A stretch of 38,257 bases of DNA. Source: Vitrella brassicaformis CCMP3155 (taxonomy: Eukaryota; Protista; Chromerida). Of the stretch, positions 31,613-38,257 are shown piece after piece. The position numbers were made by a program, and so were the translations under genes. The stretch's first letter is position 1. Every line of letters begins with the position of its first letter. The stretch lies in the NCBI GenBank assembly GCA_001179505.1, contig CDMY01000634.1:1-38257 (forward strand). Direction: 5' to 3'. The notes beneath the pieces are model-generated. The model ran no database searches and was not told the DNA's origin. It was given only the letters and a program-made list of their open reading frames with translations.

Positions 31613-33363
31613 TCACCCCTGCTGTGCAGCGAGCAGCTCTGCGCGTCTCTCTGCCTCCTCCCGCCGACGCTGCTCGCGGATCAGATGCACACGGAACCAC
31701 TCCACAGCGCTACAGCGACACGTCCATACCATACGACATCACACACAGATCTGATCAATTCGCGTGTGTCGTTGGCAGCCATACGCGTATCTGTCTTCGT
31801 ATGAGGTGAGTGTGTGGTCGAAGGTCTTGAGGGAAGGCAACGCACCGATGCAGTACCTGCATCAACGAACGCAAAAAGCGGTGGGTGCAACATCCGCCTG
31901 TCTGTCTGTCTCCCTCTCGGCCTGAGTGAGCGTCGCGGCTGACCATCTGTAGAAGTGGTGTGTCTTGTCTGAGATGGCTATCGGGTTGCCCAGCAAAGAC
32001 AACGTCCTGCAGCCACAACACAACACAACACACACGAAGGAACGAACGAGACACATGAGAAACGGTTGGGTTGGGTCCATGCGGCTGGCCGGGTGAATGC
32101 ATTGAACGCACCTCAGCTTTCGCAGCGCCCGCAGCTTCACCACTTCTGACAACCTGCATGTATGGTATGCAGCGAGCCAGATGCACTGCACCATGGCAAT
32201 TGACAGCTCGTCTCTTCTGCGTGTGTGTTCCGGGGGAGAGGCTGGTTACTTGGTGATTTGGTTGCAGTGGAGGTTCAGTGTCTCTAGCTCACTGAACTCG
32301 ACCAACACCTGCAGAACGAAGGAAAAGAGAAGATCCACATCACATCGTCCTGTGTGTATCTCGTGTGTGCAGCTGAGCTAGTACGGTACGTCCATACCGG
32401 GTCGATGCCCCTCAGCTGGTTGAACGACAGATCAAGCCTTCATGGACAAAGGAGCGAGTGCGTGAAGGGCCACCCATGTGTGTGTATAGGTGAGTCACCA
32501 CCCACCAGAGTATGGACTGCAGGGGGTTGATAACAAACCGCGACAGAAAGGCAGGAAGCTCAGTCAAATGCACCAGCTGCATTAATTAAAGCGGAAACAC
32601 AACGGTCGGTCGACCGGTCCCCACAGGTGATTCTGTGTGTGTACCTGTACCTCTACCTACCTTGTTGTTGTTCAATCGTGCGGCAGTGATGCTCTTCTGA
32701 ATGTACAGCTTCCTCTCCTTCGACCCCACACCACCACCACCACCACCCCTACCATGACCAACACCTACACACACAGGCAACGCGACCAACAACACACCCA
32801 TCCAATCCTCCCTACCCATCGCCCTCTCAGCCTACACAATCAAAATCGATCCCTACTCACTCTGTGATACGGCCGCTTGGCTGGTGGCGTGCGTGTGTCC
32901 ATCGCTGACAGGCAGGCTCTGCGCCATGCCCGTCCGCTGGCTGGTATGATGGGAGCCGGGCAGCGGCTGTGAGTCGCTGAGGGGGAGGGGGCGGTCACTG
33001 GACGAGGCGGGGAGGGGGGGCGGGGAGGGGCTGTGACCAGATGCAGCTGGTGCTGTTGTTGGTGGGGCATCGCCTGGAGACGCTCCTCCTTGCGAGTAGA
33101 GGGCAGCGTTCACACACTTCAGGGCCATGTCCTTGTTCGACGGCTCCTCAACACAATCTGCAAACACACACACACACACACACACGCAATGGGCATATTG
33201 TCCCTTGTGCTGCCCGTCGCTTCCTCGGGCCCCACGCACCAGCCAAGTCGGTGATGTCTTTGAACTGCAGGTCCAGCACGATGCCGACGCCATAGGTCAT
33301 CCCAGCGTATCGGCTCTTGGCGGCCACGGCGGCAGGCTGTGCGCCGGGAGTGGGGGACGCCAT
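31613..33363 (-). CDS. LRRC51: LRRC51-like leucine-rich-repeat protein (9 exons)
   Basis: Spliced: VLDLQFKDITDL..ITAARLNNNK|LVHLTELPAFLSRFVINPLQSILW|LDLSFNQLRGIDP|VLVEFSELETLNLHCNQITK|LSEVVKLRALRKLR|TLSLLGNPI..FYRW|YCIGALPSLKTFDHTLTSYEDRYA|AVEWFR..AAQQG*. This is collinear with the LRRC51 pattern as I recall it (LDLSFN.L..IDPVL..F..L..L.LH.N.I..L.EV.KL..L..LR.L.L.GNP). Confidence 0.85.
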
Positions 33364-33610
33364 TTATCGAGTGCCTGTTGAGAGAACTCTTAAGAAGCAG
33401 CGAAACCGCCCGCTCTCGGCAAAAGATGGAAGGTGCTCGCCAATGGAAGCCAAAGGGACGTTGTGTGCCTCTCGAAGCAGCCACTCCTCTCCTCGGAAGG
33501 TTGTGCGATCCGTCTGCAAGCTTAGCTCAGAGGGGCAGAGATAGTGGAATAGCGGACGTGGCACAACCTCACACAGATACGGCAGCTCTTACTCATCCAG
33601 TTGCGACTCA
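33364..33610. promoter_or_regulatory. Putative bidirectional promoter LRRC51-like / BRCT gene (247 bp)
   Basis: Microsatellite-free spacer between divergent ATGs; contains GCTCGC and AGCCACTCCTC (the latter also at about 10502). Confidence 0.55.
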
Positions 33611-34251
33611 ATGGCTGAATCGCCCTCGTCTGGTGGTGTTCTCGTCATGCAGTTTGTATTTCGTTCTCGGGGCGATCTGGGTCTCTCAATTGGTCTCTCC
33701 CGCATCAACACGATGAGTCAGCGCGTGAAGGCGAAGGGCGGGCAGGTCATCCAGGACATCACCAGCACTTTCAGAGACGAGGAGGGCCGGGAGGTGAAGG
33801 AACTCAACCCCGCTATCACACACATCGTCGTGGCCAAGACACTCAGCAGACAGGTCAGGTGCGCTGACTGAATGATAATGGATTTTATCTCTGTTTGGCC
33901 TGTGTGTGACGTGTGTGCCTTCAGGGGTTTCTTCGTTTTCTCCACGACAGTTCCCTGACAGAGGAGTCCATCAGCGCTGGTCGGGCCAAGGTGGTGCGTG
34001 ACGAGTGGATGACCAAGTCATCTCAGACGGGCAAACGACAAAACGATGAAGGTAGGTAGATCAGATCCCATGGAAAGAGTGAATCTTCACATGCAACAGT
34101 CTGCGTTGTGTGTTCAGCCTACCTGTATCAGTTCAACGAGAGCGCGCCAAGTGCGCCCTCGTCCACCTCTAGATCTGCTGCGGCCAGTGGTGGCTCCGAC
34201 AGCCACACTACTCTCCCTCCCCCTCTCCCTCAGCCGACGGCTGTGTGCTGA
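33611..34251 (+). CDS. BRCT-domain protein (about 167 aa), resembling the DNA polymerase lambda N-terminal BRCT; no catalytic domain found
   Basis: Exons 33611-33853, 33925-34051, 34118-34251. Sequence IGLSRINTMSQRVKAKGGQVIQ..ITHIVVAKTLSRQ|GFLRFL..AKVVRDEWMTKSSQTGKRQNDE|AYLY has the BRCT GG, THIVV and W-x3-S features. The 3' end is uncertain. Confidence 0.7.
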
Positions 34252-35529
34252 GATCTGTCTGTGGTCCTTTGGCGTCCACTTTGCCTTAATTGTCAGCTGA
34301 GGTCGGCGACACAGACGCACACACACGTGGCGAGTCAGTCAGGTCAGTCAGTGAGTCAGTGAGGGACGCCTCGAGCATCGCCATGCATGATGTGAGACGG
34401 CCGCTCTGCTCTGTGTGCTGTGCTGCAGATGTCTGTCTGTCTGTCTATCTGTCTGTTGAGTGAGTGAGTGAGTGAGTGGGGCCGTCCGTCATGACGACAG
34501 ACAGACACTGCTGCAGCTGAGGGCGCCGAGGTGACTTGCCGCTGACTGCACTCGAAACCGCAGCGGTGCGCAGGCAGACACACACACACAGACACACACA
34601 CACACACACAGAGATGGCATGGATGTGACACACAACAGGAGAGAATCAGCCGGCTGTCTGTCTGTCTGTCTGTCTGTCTGTGTGTCTGTGTGTGTGGTTT
34701 GTGTGGCGTGCAGGTGTGGTTGGCTGGCGGGTTTGACGACTGACGATGGCCGCTGAGTGCTGCTCGTCTGTGTCTGTGTGTCTGTGTGTGTGTGTGTGAT
34801 GTGTCGGCCGATGTGTCGACGACTGACTGACTCGATCTGCTGAATCGCTTTGTGTCTCTCGTGGGTTGGCCGCCCTTTGTGTGTCGCGGGGGGGTCTTTG
34901 TTGTGCCGTGTCGGATTGTGGGGATGGCCGCCGTGGTTTGTATGTGAGCTTGGGAGTCTGGCTGGAGGAAGGTGCATTGTCACATCTATCTCGTGGGGCT
35001 TTCTACATACTGGGTGTGTGATGGGAGAGAGAGAGATGGCACAATTGAGGGAGAGACAGAGTGATTTGGTTCGGTGCTGTGGTGCTGCGATGTGCTGTTC
35101 CTGCGTGTGTCGGTGCGCTGGCTGTCTCGTGCCCGGCGGACACAGCACACAGTGAGCGTTGATCATCACTCTCTGCGTGCGGTGGCCGTGTGCACACAAA
35201 GGAAAGACAAAGGCACAACTTTGACTCATACGGGTTGTGTCAACGACTGGTCTGGTGCGAAGGCGAGGCCCAAAGGGCCGAGCCGAGCAACGACCAGCCA
35301 GAGATTGACTCAAATGCGGAGGGCACCGAAGGTGCCCGAAGCGCCGACGGCAGGTCAGTCAATGTGAGTGATTCATGAGTGGTGGAGCGAGGGATGCGCG
35401 AAGCGCAGACCGACGCGGAGACACACCACTGCAAGGGATGGAGGGATGGATGCATGCAGGTGACTGTCTGTCTGTGTGTCTTTTGTCTAGGTGAGTGATG
35501 ATGTTGGTGTGTTGGTGTGCTCAGCTCAC

Positions 35530-35576
35530 TTCGTAGGTTTCCCTGTCCTTGAGGATCTTGATGTTCTCGATCTCAC
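35530..35576 (-). pseudogene. Orphan RRM-like exon
   Basis: TTCAG|GT GAG ATC GAG AAC ATC AAG ATC CTC AAG GAC AGG GAA ACC TAC GAA|GTGAGC = GEIENIKILKDRETYE, typical of the RRM beta2-beta3 segment. I found no neighbouring RNP1/RNP2 exons. Confidence 0.4.
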
Positions 35577-35648
35577 CTGAACACACACATCGATGGAAGA
35601 AGGAATGGCGCATCGCGCGCATCAATCCACACCACCACCCCCATCCTC

Positions 35649-35730
35649 TTCCACACTGGCTGCTGTATATGTGTGAGAGGGGGTGGCTGTTCCACACTGG
35701 CTGCTGTATATGTGTGAGAGGGGGTGGCTG
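35649..35730. repeat. Perfect 41-bp tandem duplication
   Basis: TTCCACACTGGCTGCTGTATATGTGTGAGAGGGGGTGGCTG x2. Confidence 0.95.
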
Positions 35731-36623
35731 TCGTGTGTTGGTCGGCCTTTTCTCTCTGTGTGGACTGTGTGGGGTTTTGCGTGTTGGCCGTCTGCTGCCG
35801 TGAGTGTGTGGGCCGTGAGTGTGGTGGCCTGGGGAAATATGACAGACAGCCAGACAGACAGAGAGAGAAGGGGACGATTGGCTGCACAGAGAGTCGCTGT
35901 GTGGGGCGGTGTTTGGGCTGCCGTCTGTCTGTGTGTGGTGTTTGTGTGACGCCTGTTCGCGAGAGTGTGTTGCTCTCTCGTCGGTGCATCCGTTACACAC
36001 GGGCGGCTCACAGACAGACAGGCAGGCCGACACCAGAGAGAGAGAAATCTGTCGCGTCATGCATGAGGTGTCTGGTCTTCGCCTGCATGAATGTCTGCAT
36101 CTCGTGTGGTGTTGGTGCTTTGGGGTTGCCGGGCGTTGACAGAAGTGACCACAGAGGCAAACGGACAGACACGCGACACGGAGAGAGAGAGAGCTCTGTT
36201 TGGTTCCCTTTGGTGTGCATCGTGTGTTGGTGTGCTGGCTGTCACACGCTTCTCGGACACAGCACACAGTGAGTGTCCTTTCTCACTCTCTGTGTGCCGT
36301 AGCCGTCGAGCATCTGACAGGCAGACACTGTCCACACAAAGGAAGAGAGACTGTTCCCTATCTATCTTTCTGGTTTGGTACCGTAGTATTTTCCTCTCCT
36401 CACTAACCTGTCTGGTAGAGTGGCAGCGTCTTACTGTGTCTGTTTTACGCCTGGGAGATTCAGTGCATGGACTCACTCGAATCTCCCTGTCAATGATGAT
36501 GGATAACGCTTCGCTAGAAAAGGGAGGGAAGGCCCCCCCCCAGCGTCGCAGCGGCGCAATAGCACGGAACAATAGGAAATGACGTTGAGAATCGGAGTTA
36601 GAGTCTCGTTAAACGACTCCTGC

Positions 36624-36703
36624 GGCCCAAAGGGCGAGAAGGCCTCGCGCCCTGGGCGAGAGACGAACGGCCTAAAGGGCGAGAGCTAAGACCCAAGGGC
36701 GAG
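36624..36703. repeat. Four-copy GGCCYAAAGGGCGAG-like motif array with 20-23 bp period
   Basis: GGGCGAG starts at 36632, 36654, 36677 and 36697. Confidence 0.8.
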
Positions 36704-38035
36704 CCGATTGGCCATTACGATATATTCCGATCACCCCGAAGGACAGAATTGCCGATTTGTTGATCTTTTCGGTACTTGTCGATTTTTCACCGATTCCAGC
36801 CATCCTCATCCCTTCAGTGACTCGTACCTAACGACTGTGAAGCTGCCTGCTTGATTGCTCAAGAAGGAAGTCAAACCAACCAAGCCCAAGGAGTCAAGGC
36901 GCGCCACGAAGCAGACGGAGAGCCGTGTTGCCGAGGTTGCTGGCCTCAGCAGTTGTCGTGAGTGAGTGAGTGAGTGTGTGTATCAGTCGTGTCAGAGCCT
37001 GCCGTCGTCAGCAGGTGTGGTGCAGTGCCGTGTGTGACTGCTTGTGACCTTGTGAGACCTTCTTCGTGTGCGTGTGCCTGTCGTTGAATCGTGAGTGTCT
37101 CCCATCGAGAAGTGTCGTCAGTAGAACATTGAGTAGGCGCTATCTCAATAGCGTGAACCGAACCCCACCCCTTAACATGTTTGTCTGAAATGGTGTGTAG
37201 TGTACGTGGTATTGTATGTGGTTTTCCTGCAGGCGGATGTCTTCACCTCGCTCTCTGTAGTGTCTGGTTTCGCTGCTTTGAAGTTGTCGTGGGGCGACAG
37301 ATAGAGATGCTGAGATAGGGAAAATTGAACACACAGAGTCTGCTTGCTCATTTCACTTACGGCAATGGACGTGTCCTTTTGCCGTCCGTCTGTATACCTA
37401 CACACTAACATGGATGGAAGGATGGATGGATGTATGTGTTGTATGCATTGCATGCTCTTACGGGTTCTGTGCCTCTCTCTCTCTCTCCTTCTATAGAATA
37501 TGTCTGTGACATATATAGGTGGAAAGAAGAGTGAGGGAGAAATGGACGCATGAGTGAGGGAGAGGTGTTTGTTTGCTTCGCTCTATCTGTGGATCGTCTG
37601 TTGATGTGCTTACTGTTATTGGGTCGTTTTTGAGCGAACATGATGAGTGTTCATTCTCACTCTCTATGCGCCGTGGCCATCAAGCATATGACAGACACAT
37701 ACAATCTACAACCCCCAAGCAGATGGATAGACAGAAGCCGGACAGAGGACAGCTGTGCTGACGAGACAGAACAAAATAAACTCTGTCTTCTCATACCTGC
37801 CTCTGCATACTGAAATATAGCCTCTAAGCACCTCTAAGCCATGCACAATATACTTTATACACATACATTCCTCAGGGCGCCACAGATAGTGAGTGAGTAG
37901 CAGTAAGCCGCTGCCACACATCGTCACACACACGATGCGGCTCAATCAAATAACAACACCTAAACCCTCACACACACACGTTCTCTCTCTCTTCGTCCTT
38001 CTTCTCTCTCTCGCACTCTCTCTCTCTCCCTCCGC

Positions 38036-38257
38036 TTTAGGGTTTAGGGCTTAGGGTCTAGGGCTTAGGGCCCAGGGCCTAGGGTTCAGGGTCTAGGGTC
38101 TAGGGTCTAGGGTTTAGGGTGTTTAGGGCTTAGGGTTTAGGGTTTAGGTTTAGGGTTTAGGGTTTAGGTTTAGGTTGTTTAGGGTTTAGGGTCTAGGGTT
38201 TAGGGTTTAGGGTTTAGGGTTTAGGGTTTAGGGTTTAGGGTTTAGGGTTTAGGGTTT
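38036..38257 (+). repeat. Telomere (TTTAGGG)n with proximal variant repeats
   Basis: G-rich strand runs 5'->3' to the window end. Variants CTTAGGG, TCTAGGG, CCCAGGG, CCTAGGG, TTCAGGG and TTTAGG lie proximally; distal units are pure TTTAGGG. Confidence 0.98.

Larger units (their letters stand above)
35105..36344. repeat. Diverged direct repeat pair (35105-35204 and 36222-36344)
   Basis: Shared blocks GTGTGTyGGTGyGCTGGCTGTC, CGGACACAGCACACAGTGAG (exact, 35137-35156 and 36254-36273), TCACTCTCTGyGTGC and CACACAAAGGAA occur in the same order, with an indel. Confidence 0.8.
34300..38035. other. Subtelomeric region: microsatellites, local duplications and orphan exon-like fragments
   Basis: Dense (GT)n, (CTGT)n, (GA)n and (GAGT)n tracts; I could not reconstruct an intact gene. 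It directly abuts the telomere. Confidence 0.65.

Noticed and set aside
36601-36703. Short repeats with spacers as a CRISPR-like array
   Set aside because: Eukaryotic context, 7-15 bp degenerate units, no cas genes.
37959-37968. Single inverted telomere-like unit CCTAAACCCT
   Set aside because: One copy only; not enough to claim a fusion or inversion scar.

Overview
This is a GC-rich, intron-dense eukaryotic chromosome end. It terminates in a correctly oriented (TTTAGGG)n telomere at 38036-38257. Bipartite plastid-targeting leaders, short microsatellite-filled introns, the telomere repeat and a flagellum-associated LRRC51-like gene point to a photosynthetic alveolate, most likely the chromerid Vitrella (inference, not verified). 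I spliced eight genes by hand, and they form four tight head-to-head pairs: NIPP1-like FHA protein / Fpg glycosylase; putative mitochondrial protein / LHC antenna protein; USP4/11/15-like deubiquitinase / Mg-chelatase chlH; LRRC51-like / BRCT-only protein. The first 3 kb is decayed DNA (non-LTR RT remnant, possible actin-like fragment, frameshifted kinase). The last 4 kb is subtelomeric DNA with no intact gene I could reconstruct. A 300-N assembly gap lies in a USP intron. The most interesting patterns are: a strand-specific 5'(AC)n...(GT)n3' polarity inside many introns, which could fold them into hairpins; the head-to-head layout with short shared motifs; a phased GGGCGAG array near the telomere; and a BRCT gene with no catalytic domain before the chromosome end. 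I saw no rRNA, tRNA or CRISPR features. All calls come from reading motifs by eye, and no database search was run.
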